NCBI GenBank assembly: GCA_002159075.1
Contig: LZRT01000072.1
Span: forward strand, 7,096-71,095
DNA length: 64,000 bases
DNA from: Bacillus thermozeamaize
GTDB taxonomy: Bacteria > Bacillota > Bacilli > ZCTH02-B2
Direction of reading: 5' to 3'
Notes under the pieces: model-generated
Seen by the model: only the letters and a program-made list of their open reading frames with translations
Told to the model about the DNA's origin: nothing
Database searches by the model: none
In this document: one piece after another, positions 32,029 to 41,762 of the stretch
Layout: each line of letters opens with the position of its first letter
How positions within the stretch are numbered: position 1 is the stretch's first letter
Position numbers and translations under genes: made by a program

Positions 32029-33557
32029 AGGGGAGGGAGCCGCAGCGCGGGAGTCCGCCGCCGCTGCGCCGGAGATTCCCGCTCCAGCTGCTGCGTCAGA
32101 GATTCCCGCTTCAGCTACTGCGTCAGAGATTTTCGCGCCAGTTGGGGATTCAGTGGAAAGTGACCGTCATTTTCGTCCTCCTGATCCTCCTGGCGATGCA
32201 GCTCATCAGCGTCTATTTCCTGCGCTCCCTGGAGCGCTATTATGTGGCCAATTTTACGGAAACGATGTACGCCCAGGGAAATCTCCTGGCGGCCAACCTT
32301 GAGCGGTACATGCAGGCGGGCGATCGGGTCGAAGAGATTGACGGTCTGGTCAAGCAGTTTTTTGTGATGAACGGCGTGGAAGTTCAGGTGCTGGACAACA
32401 ACGGCGTCATTCTCAGCGCCACTTGGGACGCCGAGGAGAGGGTGGGCCAGAAAAATTTGCAAACCGAAGTGAACAGGGCCTTGCTGGGGTTGCGGAATGA
32501 CGCGATTCGCCTGGATCCGGAGACCGGACAGCGGAAGCAGTTGATCGCGATCCCCATTCAGCGGGAGGGACGCGTTCTGGGCGCCGTATTCCTGGAAGCG
32601 TCGCTGGAAGAGGTGTACCAGACCATCGGCAAGATCACCAATTTGTTCGCCAGCGGCACAGCCATCGCGCTGATCCTGACAGCCGTCCTGGGAGTGATTG
32701 TCACCCGCACGATTACCCGGCCGATTTCCGAGATCACGCGGCAGGCCCAGGCGATGGCCCGCGGCGATTTTGACCGGCAGGTGAATGTCCATAGCGGCGA
32801 CGAGATCGGACAACTGGCGGCCGCCTTTAACCATCTCAGCCGGCGGCTGCGGGAAGCGCTGGCGGTCAATGCCGAGTTTGTGGCCAACGTCTCCCACGAA
32901 CTGCGCACCCCGCTGACCACGCTGCGGAGTTACCTGGAGGCCCTCTCGGACGGTTCGGTGGAGGATGATGCGACCCGGCAGCGGTTCTTGCAGGTGGCCT
33001 ACCAGGAAACGGAACGGATGATCCGTTTGGTGGAAGATCTGCTGAAACTGTCCCGGCTGGATTCGTCCGAGGCCAAGACGGCGCTGGAGCCGCTGCCGCT
33101 GGCCAGGCTCATCGAGCAGGTGGTGGAGCGGTTCCAGTTGCCGGCGCAGGAGAAAGGGATTCGCCTGGAGCTTCACCTGGAGAGAAAGCCGGTTGTCTGG
33201 GGCAACCGGGATCAGTTGCAGCAAGTGATGGACAACCTGCTTTCCAACGCGCTGAAGTACACCTCTTCCGGCGGCCAGATCGGGATTCGCCTCACCCAGC
33301 GCGGGCAGGAAGCCCTGGTTTCGGTTCAGGACACCGGGATCGGCATCCCGGAGGAGCACTTGCCGCGCGTTTTTGACCGTTTTTACCGCGTGGACAAGGC
33401 CCGCTCACGCCAGGCCGGCGGCAGTGGCCTCGGGTTGTCCATCGCCCGGAAAGTGGTGGAGGCTCACGGGGGGAACATTTGGCTCAAGAGCCAGGTTGGC
33501 AAAGGCACCACGGTTTATTTCACCGTTCCCCTGGCGGAAAAAGAGGGGGTAGGGTGA
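32025..33557 (+). CDS. walK: Sensor kinase WalK (YycG) without a cytoplasmic PAS domain
   Basis: Two TM segments with an extracellular domain, HAMP, H-box [11 protein letters not shown] and [10 protein letters not shown]; synteny with walR and yycHIJ. Confidence 0.88.
   Translation: MKGREPQRGSPPPLRRRFPLQLLRQRFPLQLLRQRFSRQLGIQWKVTVIFVLLILLAMQLISVYFLRSLERYYVANFTETMYAQGNLLAANLERYMQAGDRVEEIDGLVKQFFVMNGVEVQVLDNNGVILSATWDAEERVGQKNLQTEVNRALLGLRNDAIRLDPETGQRKQLIAIPIQREGRVLGAVFLEASLEEVYQTIGKITNLFASGTAIALILTAVLGVIVTRTITRPISEITRQAQAMARGDFDRQVNVHSGDEIGQLAAAFNHLSRRLREALAVNAEFVANVSHELRTPLTTLRSYLEALSDGSVEDDATRQRFLQVAYQETERMIRLVEDLLKLSRLDSSEAKTALEPLPLARLIEQVVERFQLPAQEKGIRLELHLERKPVVWGNRDQLQQVMDNLLSNALKYTSSGGQIGIRLTQRGQEALVSVQDTGIGIPEEHLPRVFDRFYRVDKARSRQAGGSGLGLSIARKVVEAHGGNIWLKSQVGKGTTVYFTVPLAEKEGVG
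32073..32131 (+). repeat. 27-bp in-frame tandem repeat in the walK 5' end
   Basis: AGATTCCCGCT(C/T)CAGCT(G/A)CTGCGTCAG x2 plus a partial copy, encoding RFPLQLLRQ x2. Confidence 0.9.
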
Positions 33558-35017
33558 TGAACGAGCTGCAGCGGCGAATGATCGAGACGGGGAAATCCAT
33601 TCTCCTGGTGTTTCTGGTCCTGCTCAGCATCTTTCTCACCTGGTTGTTGTGGTACCAGCGTCCGCCTTTCACGGCGGTGGAGAAGAACTACACTTCTATC
33701 CCGCCGCTCGGGGAGGAACGGAAACCGGAACAGCTGATCGCACCGCAGGTCATCTACTTTCACGAATCGGGAACGCACCGGATGGCCTTGCCCTATTCTC
33801 ATCCTCACCGCATGGCGTTGGAGAAGCTTTCCGAATGGAAGGTCAGGAACCTGGAAGCGGTCTCTTGGGCGGAACTGGATTGGCTGGGCATGAGGCGGGC
33901 GGTCGGCATCGAGCTGGAGTACGGCTTTCGGGTGCCGCTTAAGGAACTGTCTGTGATCTGGGAAGGGGTGGAGGCCGGCGCGGGGCAGATGGAAGCCGTC
34001 ACCCGTCTGTGGGCCTGGTCAGGGGCGGAGGGTCAGATCTGGCTTTATTTCATCGATCAGGAGCGGCGGCAGGCAGCCCGCGGTGTGGTGGAAGCGGAGC
34101 CGCCGGAGTGGCAAATGCTGCTCCAATCGGCTGCCGGCTTGCCGAAGGTGCATTTTTACCCCGCTTCCCAAGCGGCGAACCGGTTGCCGGCCGCGAAATC
34201 GCCGTCTTCGGGCGCCGCTTCCCCGGCAGCTGCCTCCTCGCCGGATTCGCCGCCGTCCGGCGTCGTGCCGGCGGAAAGCGGAAAGGAAGGGGAGCCTGCA
34301 CCTGCCTCAGAAGGCGCCCCTGAGGGTTGGTACCTGCCGGCCGCACCGCTTGAGGTGGCGGAGGAAGTGGTGCGCCTTGAGCCGATCACGCTGGAGATGA
34401 TCAATCCGTACCTGTTTGTGGATCCGTCCTATATCCGGGAAATGATCACGCGCGATGGCGTATCCGTCTACACCGACGGCAGCCGCAGCCTGCAGGTGGA
34501 ACCATCCCGGTTGCGCCTGGTCTATGATGCGCCAATGGCTTTTTCGCAGGCAAGCCAGGGGAACGAAAGGATGGGGTATTCCGGGATGGCGGTGCAATTT
34601 GTCAATCAGCATGGAGGCTGGACAGGGGACTACCTGATCGACGGATATCAGCAATTCCGGCAGGAGCAAATCCGGTTGCATTTTCGGTTTTATCATGGAC
34701 CCTATCCGGTGTACGGCACCGGAGGGACCGGTGAAGACGGGCGGCTGCTGGTCAGCATGCAGCCCGAAGCGCAGGTGATCTCCCTGGAGCGGCCGCTGTA
34801 TCGCTTGGGGCAGAGGTTAAAACGCCAGTCACGGATTCTGCCTGCCGGTGATGTGGTGTATCAACGCCTGCTTCAGCTGCAGCGGGAAGGCGTCCCGGTG
34901 CGGCAGGCGCGGGTGGCCTACCGCATGGAATTGGCAAAGGGGCAGGTGCGCCTTGTACCAGGCTGGGTGCTGGCAGAACCGTCAGGGGCTTTCCGCTGGC
35001 TGGATGCGGCGGAATGA
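33557..35017 (+). CDS. yycH: WalK regulator YycH/WalH (divergent)
   Basis: KSILLVFLVLLSIFLTWLLW, YTDGSRSL and FVNQHGGW; synteny. Confidence 0.85.
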   Translation: MNELQRRMIETGKSILLVFLVLLSIFLTWLLWYQRPPFTAVEKNYTSIPPLGEERKPEQLIAPQVIYFHESGTHRMALPYSHPHRMALEKLSEWKVRNLEAVSWAELDWLGMRRAVGIELEYGFRVPLKELSVIWEGVEAGAGQMEAVTRLWAWSGAEGQIWLYFIDQERRQAARGVVEAEPPEWQMLLQSAAGLPKVHFYPASQAANRLPAAKSPSSGAASPAAASSPDSPPSGVVPAESGKEGEPAPASEGAPEGWYLPAAPLEVAEEVVRLEPITLEMINPYLFVDPSYIREMITRDGVSVYTDGSRSLQVEPSRLRLVYDAPMAFSQASQGNERMGYSGMAVQFVNQHGGWTGDYLIDGYQQFRQEQIRLHFRFYHGPYPVYGTGGTGEDGRLLVSMQPEAQVISLERPLYRLGQRLKRQSRILPAGDVVYQRLLQLQREGVPVRQARVAYRMELAKGQVRLVPGWVLAEPSGAFRWLDAAE

Positions 35018-35029
35018 GGGGGGATGGGA

Positions 35030-35881
35030 ATGGATTGGAGCAGAGCGAAAAGCATCCTCATCGTCGCTTTTCTGATCCTTGACCTGCTGCTCATCTGGGA
35101 ACTGGTGGAACGGCAGTCCATCCTGGAGGAAGGCTTTGCGGCGGCCAAGCAGGAACTGGAACAGCAGTTGCGGCAAAAGCGGATTGACGTGAAGACAGAG
35201 GTTCCCGTGGAGATCCCGGACGGCTGGGTGTTGACCGTGCAGTTTCGGGAAGTGACCCCTCCCGAGACGCAAGCGTTCAGGCGCTTTCCCAGTGAGCGGC
35301 AGCCCAACCAGTGGGCGGTTCAGCTCCTGGAGCCCTATCCCCTGGTCCGGGAAATATCGCCTCGTTCCGACGGCTTGCCCGAACTGCCCGCCGATCTCAT
35401 CTGGAAGGCCCGCCAGTACCAGCCAGACCCGCTCCTGTCGACCGCAGGCCTCTGGCGGTATGTCCAAATGGCCGAGGACGTACCGATGTTCAACGTCGGA
35501 TTGGAGGTTGAGGTAAAAGCGGGAAAGGTGACAGGTTACCGGCAATCCTGGGTGGAGATCCGCAAGCGTGAAAAGGCGCCGGCCCTGATTCCAGCGGCAA
35601 CGGCAGTGTACAGCCTGCTGGAGAACCAATACCTTCCCCCCAGATCCGCCCTCTTGGAGATCCGCTTCGGATACTACGGACGGCTGTACAACGCCGATGA
35701 GCAGGTGCTAAACCCGGTTTGGCGGGTGGTCTTCGATCAGCCGGAACCCGGCGGCAAGACAAGCCGCAAGGTGCTCTTTGTCAATGCCATCACCGGCAGC
35801 CTGGAACTGGATGAACCGGAGCGGAGAGGTCTGACGGGCACGGAATCCGGCACGGAATTTGTCGCGGATGGCACGGAATGA
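35030..35881 (+). CDS. yycI: WalK regulator YycI/WalI
   Basis: MDWSRAKSILIVAFLILD, GYY, PVWRV and FVNAITG. Confidence 0.88.
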   Translation: MDWSRAKSILIVAFLILDLLLIWELVERQSILEEGFAAAKQELEQQLRQKRIDVKTEVPVEIPDGWVLTVQFREVTPPETQAFRRFPSERQPNQWAVQLLEPYPLVREISPRSDGLPELPADLIWKARQYQPDPLLSTAGLWRYVQMAEDVPMFNVGLEVEVKAGKVTGYRQSWVEIRKREKAPALIPAATAVYSLLENQYLPPRSALLEIRFGYYGRLYNADEQVLNPVWRVVFDQPEPGGKTSRKVLFVNAITGSLELDEPERRGLTGTESGTEFVADGTE

Positions 35882-36016
35882 AGAGAACGTTGAGCTTTTG
35901 CCGTAAACGGCTGTAGCCAAGCCCTCCCGTCTGACTGGAACGGCAGCAAAAGAGAGCGGCAGAAACAAAAGAGCGGCAGAGATGGAATAGAGTGGCAGAA
36001 ATGGAGAGGAGAACAA

Positions 36017-36820
36017 ATGCGGTTTTCAGTGTTGGCCAGTGGCAGCACGGGCAATGCGCTTTACATTGAAACGGACGAGGTGCGCCTGCTGGTGGATGCC
36101 GGCCTCAGCGGCCGGCAGCTGGAACAGTTGCTGGCGGAACACAGGATTGGCCCGAATCAGCTGGATGCCATCCTGATCAGCCACGAACATATCGATCATG
36201 TCAAGGGCGTCGGTGTGCTGGCGCGCCGTTACCAGCTGCCGGTTTACGCCAACAGCGGCACCTGGAGGGCCATGCCCGCACAGGTGGGCGAGATTCCGGA
36301 AGGACAATGCCGGGTCTTTGAAACGGGGCGGTGGTTTCGCATCGGCGATCTGGAGATTGAAAGCTTTCCCACCTCCCACGATGCGGCGGAGCCGGTGGGA
36401 TTTTGCTTTTATCACGGGGAGGCCAAGCTGGGATTGGCCACCGATTTGGGGTATGTGAGCCGCAAGGTCATGGAAAAAGTGCGCGACTCCCACATCCTGA
36501 TCCTGGAGGCCAATCACGACGTGGAGATGCTCCGGATGAGCCGCTACCCCTGGGAAGTGAAACGGCGGATTTTGAGCGATACGGGCCACCTGTCCAATGA
36601 GTCGGCCGGTGATACGCTCCTGGAGATCCTGAAGATGGGTTCCGCCATCCGGCAGGTGTTCCTGGCCCACCTGAGCCAGGAAAACAATCTGCAGGAACTG
36701 GCCCATCTGACGGTCGAGCACTGTTTGCGCCGGGAACAGATTGAAGTGGGGAAAGAGCTGACGTTGGCCGCCACTTTCCCGGACCGGCCGACGCCGCTGA
36801 AATCCGTTTCAGGTTCATGA
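36017..36820 (+). CDS. yycJ: MBL-fold 5'-3' exonuclease WalJ/YycJ
   Basis: SVLASGSTGN, SHEHIDH, SHDAAEP, GHLSN and AHLSQENN. Confidence 0.93.
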   Translation: MRFSVLASGSTGNALYIETDEVRLLVDAGLSGRQLEQLLAEHRIGPNQLDAILISHEHIDHVKGVGVLARRYQLPVYANSGTWRAMPAQVGEIPEGQCRVFETGRWFRIGDLEIESFPTSHDAAEPVGFCFYHGEAKLGLATDLGYVSRKVMEKVRDSHILILEANHDVEMLRMSRYPWEVKRRILSDTGHLSNESAGDTLLEILKMGSAIRQVFLAHLSQENNLQELAHLTVEHCLRREQIEVGKELTLAATFPDRPTPLKSVSGS

Positions 36821-36950
36821 CGCGCATGATAAGACTGATATACGACTGATAAATGGTACATAAATGCAGGCCTTCTCATGCAGGCCTTCTGCAGGCTGCG
36901 CCTCCCTTTCCGGGAGGCGCAAACGTTTTGTTCCTGCCATTATTCCACAG

Positions 36951-37151
36951 CTAATTCCACAGCTGCGGGTGCTTCAGGAGTTCTTCATCCAGTTGGTACG
37001 CCTTCTGCAACACCTCGTCGCGCCGGATGATTCCGCGTTCCACGAGTATTTCGACGAGCGCCGTCAGGATCAAGGTGTTTTTGTAATGGTTTTCCTTCAG
37101 ATCGCCCAACTGGGCCACCCAGTTGATTTCTTCCATCGGGGAGAACCGCAT
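36951..37151 (-). CDS. Small hypothetical protein (66 aa)
   Basis: RBS AGGGGGTGG and a natural-looking helical sequence VAQLGDLKENHYKNTLILTALVEILVERGII. Confidence 0.6.
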   Translation of the reverse strand: MRFSPMEEINWVAQLGDLKENHYKNTLILTALVEILVERGIIRRDEVLQKAYQLDEELLKHPQLWN

Positions 37152-37343
37152 CAACCCACCCCCTGTCAGATGTTGGCCTGTCATTGCACGAAAAAGATAT
37201 TGATCAGGATTCCCCGCAAGAGAGTGAATTATCCCCCCGGCGTGATGGTGCATAAATGCCCCCCTGATTCAGACACTAAAGACAACGCGTATGATTCCCG
37301 GGCGGGAAAAGACCGGCTGGTGGGGAATTCTGGAGGTGACGAG

Positions 37344-38645
37344 ATGTCAGAACAAAACTGGCAAGGAGAGCGGCGACCGGACGATGACAGGAAGCCGGTC
37401 GGGGGGAGGCGCTATTTGATCTTTTGGTCGGGGGTGGTGATCGCCGCTATGTTTGGACTGATGATCCTCCCCGCCTTTTTGGACGATGGAGGAGACGGGA
37501 GCGGCGCATCGGGAGGGCCCGGGGCCGGCAGGGGATGGAGACCGGTGCGGTATGAAGCGGGCACACAAGCCGGTGACACCACCGGCACTGCCGGGGGTTA
37601 CCGGTTTGGTCCCCAGGGAAGCCCCACCCCGCAAGTCCTGGGCCGCTTAAACCGCCGTGAGACCGACATGGTGCGGGCGGTGGAGGCGGTGCGTCCCGCC
37701 GTGGTCGGGGTGGTGAACCTGCAACGGGCGGGCGACGGGATGAGGCGGCAGGCTGAAATGGTCGAGGCGGGCACCGGTTCCGGCGTGGTGTATGAAGTGA
37801 AGGGAAACGTGGCCCATGTGGTCACCAACAACCATGTCATTGAAGGGGCCAGCCAGGTGGAAGTGGTCTGCGGCATCGGTGACCGGGCAGCGGCCAAAGT
37901 ACTTGGCGCGGACTCGCTGACCGATCTGGCGGTACTGGCCGTTGACGCCCGGTTTGTCAAGGGGGTGGCCCGTTTCGGCAATTCCGATCAACTGGTGCCC
38001 GGCCAACAGGCCATCGCCATTGGCAACCCGCTTGGGCTGGATTTTTCGCAGACGGTAACGGCCGGCGTGATCAGCGCCACCAACCGTGCCATCCCGCTGG
38101 ACTTTGACGGCGACGGAGAGGCGGAGTGGGAGCTGGAGACGATTCAGACCGACGCCGCCATCAATCCGGGAAACAGCGGCGGTGCCTTGGTCAACCTGAG
38201 GGGTGAAGTGGTCGGCATCAACAGCCTGAAAATTTCCGATGCCGGGATCGAGGGGATGGGATTTGCCATTCCTGTCAACGACGCGCTTCCGATTATCCGG
38301 CAGCTGGCTGAAGAGGGACAGATTCAGCGGCCTTACCTGGGGATTACGCCGAAAAGTTTGCAGGCCATTCCCAACCAGGAACGGGTAAATCAGTTGCGAT
38401 TGCCGCAAGAGGTGATTTCCGGGGTCGTCGTATTGCGGGTAGACCCGCCCGCCAGACAGGCGGGCCTTAAGCCCATGGATGTGATTGTTCAAATGGATGA
38501 TCAGTCCATCCACTCGGCGGCCGATTTGCGCCGGTATCTTTACACACGGAAGCGGCCGGGAGAGACGGTGCGCATTTCCTACCTGCGAGGCGGTGAACTG
38601 CGGGAGACGGTGATCCGCCTGACCCCGATGGCAAAGCCCGGTTAA
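37344..38645 (+). CDS. HtrA-family serine protease with PDZ domain (YycK/HtrC-like)
   Basis: TM segment, VTNNHV, DLAV, IQTDAAINPGNSGG and PDZ; ATG 37344 after GGAGGTGA. Confidence 0.93.
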   Translation: MSEQNWQGERRPDDDRKPVGGRRYLIFWSGVVIAAMFGLMILPAFLDDGGDGSGASGGPGAGRGWRPVRYEAGTQAGDTTGTAGGYRFGPQGSPTPQVLGRLNRRETDMVRAVEAVRPAVVGVVNLQRAGDGMRRQAEMVEAGTGSGVVYEVKGNVAHVVTNNHVIEGASQVEVVCGIGDRAAAKVLGADSLTDLAVLAVDARFVKGVARFGNSDQLVPGQQAIAIGNPLGLDFSQTVTAGVISATNRAIPLDFDGDGEAEWELETIQTDAAINPGNSGGALVNLRGEVVGINSLKISDAGIEGMGFAIPVNDALPIIRQLAEEGQIQRPYLGITPKSLQAIPNQERVNQLRLPQEVISGVVVLRVDPPARQAGLKPMDVIVQMDDQSIHSAADLRRYLYTRKRPGETVRISYLRGGELRETVIRLTPMAKPG

Positions 38646-39649
38646 AACCCTCCGCTGTCGCCAAATCCCCCGCCGTCGCCGAATCCCCCACTATCGCCGC
38701 CGCCAAAGAAATCCCCGAAATCAAAGCCGCCCAGATCGAGGCCTTCACCGCCGGTTTCGCCTGCTCCATCCGCCCCATCGGAGTCAAAAAGCTCATTGAG
38801 GAGCATGCCGCCGAGCATGCCCGCGACGAAGCCGCCCATCGCCTCCGTCATGCCGCTTCCACGGTGGCCGTGACGCCAGACGTGGCCATGAGCAGGCTTT
38901 CCTGAAGCGTGTCTGAACCGGTATGGCTCGGGATTTTGCAGCATCTCTTCGATGATCATCCGCAAATGGGCGGAGAGGGCCTGGACATTGTCCAGCTGTT
39001 TGTTTTCAAGGAAAATCTCTTGTCTCAATTCTCTTTCGCCAAACCCTAACGGGTAAGGGATCATGTCCACTTCCAGGAACAACCGGATGCCGTTTTCCTC
39101 GATGGTTGCGGCGAGTTCCACTTCCTCCAGGCGGTTTTTGTAGTGGGTTGTGGGGAAAAACGCAAACGCCTGGAGATAGCCGTTGAGTTTTCCGGAATCC
39201 GCTTTTTCGCGAAGGCCCAGCATCTCCAAAGCACGGATGATGTTCGCAAACCTGGCTGGGGGAAGCACTTGAATTGTATCGCTGTCGAAATGATCGACGC
39301 CTCCCGCGATATCCAGACGCGTCACAAAGCTGTACGAGACGCCCCTTCTGGAAATGGGCAAATTATTCGGCAGGCGGTACGTAAAAGGCAAGATCTTTTT
39401 TTCGCCGGGACGGATCACGAAAGAGGAGGCAACGGGGATCGAGGTGATCCGGTGTGAAAATGCCTTTCCGTTTGCCGTCAATTTCACGGCCAATTCGACA
39501 AGAATTTGACGGATGTCCTGTTCGACCGTTCCCCCTTCAATGTGAAGCGCCCCTTCGACGTCTTCGCCAAGCATCCATTCGCGCTTGTGCAAAACCAAGT
39601 CCACCTTGGCCGAGCCGACGCCCAGCTTCGCCATGAACTTTTTCAACAT
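38642..39649 (-). CDS. spo0M: Sporulation-control protein Spo0M family with a Gly/Asp/Phe-rich tail
   Basis: MLKKFMAKLGVGSAKVDL, GGTVEQ, LDIAGGVD and FFPT. Confidence 0.8.
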   Translation of the reverse strand: MLKKFMAKLGVGSAKVDLVLHKREWMLGEDVEGALHIEGGTVEQDIRQILVELAVKLTANGKAFSHRITSIPVASSFVIRPGEKKILPFTYRLPNNLPISRRGVSYSFVTRLDIAGGVDHFDSDTIQVLPPARFANIIRALEMLGLREKADSGKLNGYLQAFAFFPTTHYKNRLEEVELAATIEENGIRLFLEVDMIPYPLGFGERELRQEIFLENKQLDNVQALSAHLRMIIEEMLQNPEPYRFRHASGKPAHGHVWRHGHRGSGMTEAMGGFVAGMLGGMLLNELFDSDGADGAGETGGEGLDLGGFDFGDFFGGGDSGGFGDGGGFGDSGGF

Positions 39650-39948
39650 CCCGATCAGCGCCTTTCTTGATAAGGTTTGACATTCCCTTCATGACACGAT
39701 GACATGGGAGTTCTTTACATCGATTATATCGGAGTCTGATTGCCAATGAAACATTCGAGCGATTCCTACATTTGAGGGAATGTGGGTTTCCCGTCGTTCG
39801 TTTAAACTGGTGGTAAACTGGCGATTTCGTCCACGACGAGAGCAAGGCAAGCGGGGAACGCAAGCATGGAAAAAATGGATTATTGGCATGGTTAAGTAAG
39901 GAAGTAAGGGAAACGCAACCTGGTGAAAAAGAATGGGGGAGATGGAGA

Positions 39949-40881
39949 ATGGAAAAGGCTCTTTTTTTGGATGTGCCGCCGCACGATGAACGCTGGGGGC
40001 ATGGGAGGACGGAAGGGACGGGCGGTGTTACCTTGCACTACGTCCGGCAGGGGGAGGGCCGCCCCGTGGTGCTGCTGCACGGCTGGCCGGGGTTTTGGTA
40101 TGACTGGCGGCGGATCATTCCGGCATTGGCCGAGAAAGCCGATGTCATCGCGCCTGACTTTCGTGGTTACGGGGATTCCGACAAGCCGGATCTGTCACCC
40201 CTGGAAGGGTACAGCGCGCTTTCCCTGGCGCAGGATGTTGCTGTCCTGCTGGACAGGTTGGGGCTGAGCGATGTCATCCTCGTGGCGCACGACATCGGGG
40301 CGATGGCGGCCCAGGTGCTGGTCCGCATGGCTCCGGGAAAGATCAGTGCCCTTGTGCTGCTGAACCCGCCCTATCCCGGGATCGGCGAGCGGCAGTTTGA
40401 ACCGGCCACGCAGCGGGAATTCTGGTACCAGCATTTTCACCAGTTGCCGCTCGCAGAGGAACTGGTCGGCTACAATCGCGACACGGTGCACATTTACCTC
40501 AAACATTTTTACACGCACTGGGTGGGCCGCAAAGAGGCGGTACGGCCGAAAGAGTTTGCGGAAATCGTGGCGGTGTACGCGCGCCCCGGCGCCTTCAAAA
40601 GCAGTGTCGCCTTTTACCGGACGTTGGGCGCCCTCGCTGCACAGATGGCCATCGCGGCCGCTTCCAAGGACGCTTCGCCCAACCCTCTTTTCGGCAAGAT
40701 CGCCCACCCCACCACCGTCTTGTGGGGAGAGGAGGATCCGGTGATCCGCGCCGCATGGGCAGACCGCCTGGACCGGTTTTTCTCGCAACTGGACCAGGTG
40801 CGTCTTCTGCCGGGTGTGGGGCACTTTGTCCCCTTTGAAGCGCCGAATGAGGTGATGGAGGCGGTCGAGAGGTATTTGTGA
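39949..40881 (+). CDS. Alpha/beta hydrolase (epoxide hydrolase/fluoroacetate dehalogenase-like)
   Basis: LLHGWP, DFRGYGDSDKP, AHDIGA (Asp nucleophile) and GHFVPFE. Confidence 0.88.
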   Translation: MEKALFLDVPPHDERWGHGRTEGTGGVTLHYVRQGEGRPVVLLHGWPGFWYDWRRIIPALAEKADVIAPDFRGYGDSDKPDLSPLEGYSALSLAQDVAVLLDRLGLSDVILVAHDIGAMAAQVLVRMAPGKISALVLLNPPYPGIGERQFEPATQREFWYQHFHQLPLAEELVGYNRDTVHIYLKHFYTHWVGRKEAVRPKEFAEIVAVYARPGAFKSSVAFYRTLGALAAQMAIAAASKDASPNPLFGKIAHPTTVLWGEEDPVIRAAWADRLDRFFSQLDQVRLLPGVGHFVPFEAPNEVMEAVERYL

Positions 40882-40948
40882 TACATTGATGTCATGTGAG
40901 AATATGTCATGCCAAAAATCGGCATCTCAGAACTTGTGGGGGTCTGGC

Positions 40949-41437
40949 ATGAAAGTGACGCTGGTGGCTGTGGGGAGCATCAAGGAGCGGTACATGCAGC
41001 AAGGGATTGCGGACTACGTCAAGCGGCTCCGGCCCTATGCGCGATTGGACATCGTGGAGGTGAAGGAGGAGAAGGCGCCGGAGCATCTGTCCGCCGCGCA
41101 GGAAGAGCAGGTTCGGGAGCGGGAGGGGGAGCGCATCCTGCAGCGCCTGCCGGACGGATCGCCGGGGGCAAAAGTGGTGGTGCTGGACATGCGGGGGAAG
41201 ATGCTCAGCTCGGAGGAGTTGGCGGCGCAGATGGCGGAGTGGGCCACCTACGGGACGCACCAGCTGTACCTGGTGATCGGCGGCTCGTTGGGACTGTCCC
41301 GCACGGTACGGGAGCGGGCCGATCTGCTCTGGTCCTTCTCCCGGCTCACCTTCCCCCACCAGCTGATGCGCCTGATGGTGCTGGAGCAGCTTTACCGGGC
41401 GTTCAAGATCCAGCGCGGGGAGACGTATCATAAATAA
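40949..41437 (+). CDS. rlmH: 23S rRNA m3Psi1915 methyltransferase RlmH (orfX)
   Basis: IGGSLG and SRLTFPHQLMRLMVLEQLYRAFKIQRGETYHK. Confidence 0.97.
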   Translation: MKVTLVAVGSIKERYMQQGIADYVKRLRPYARLDIVEVKEEKAPEHLSAAQEEQVREREGERILQRLPDGSPGAKVVVLDMRGKMLSSEELAAQMAEWATYGTHQLYLVIGGSLGLSRTVRERADLLWSFSRLTFPHQLMRLMVLEQLYRAFKIQRGETYHK

Positions 41438-41495
41438 TCCTAATACATTCTTTAATCCCTTGATCTATGTGAAACGACCTAAACTGATTAATATA

Positions 41496-41533
41496 AAAGC
41501 CTTAACCCTCACGCGAAGTTGGGTTAAGGCTTT
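41496..41533. terminator. Terminator after rlmH
   Basis: AAAGCCTTAACCC...GGGTTAAGGCTTT, a 13-bp stem. Confidence 0.8.
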
Positions 41534-41762
41534 CATCTTGCGAGTTTCCGGCCCTTGTAGAAGGATTCTCCATCATTGCCAGTCTCTAAATGGCTTATCC
41601 CCAGCAAATTATAGTAGATATTTGTAACTATAGGTATCATAATAGAGTATGGTAGTTTAAATGAGACGGAAGGTGTGTTCCGAGGTGGGGGCCTTCCTTT
41701 TTAATGCCTAAGCGGGAGCCCCTGCATGTTTAGCGAGTATAGGGGAAAAGGAAGGAGTCGTC

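Noticed and set aside
36864-37343. 160-aa N-terminal extension of HtrA in the ORF track
   Set aside because: A strong RBS precedes ATG 37344, and the extension overlaps a more plausible minus-strand small gene.
41461-41476. parS-like TGATCTATGTGAAACG
   Set aside because: Four mismatches to consensus.
41635-41643. GTATCATAA matching part of the rlmH 3' att-like sequence
   Set aside because: Only 9 bp, inside the AT-rich mqo promoter region, so chance is likely.
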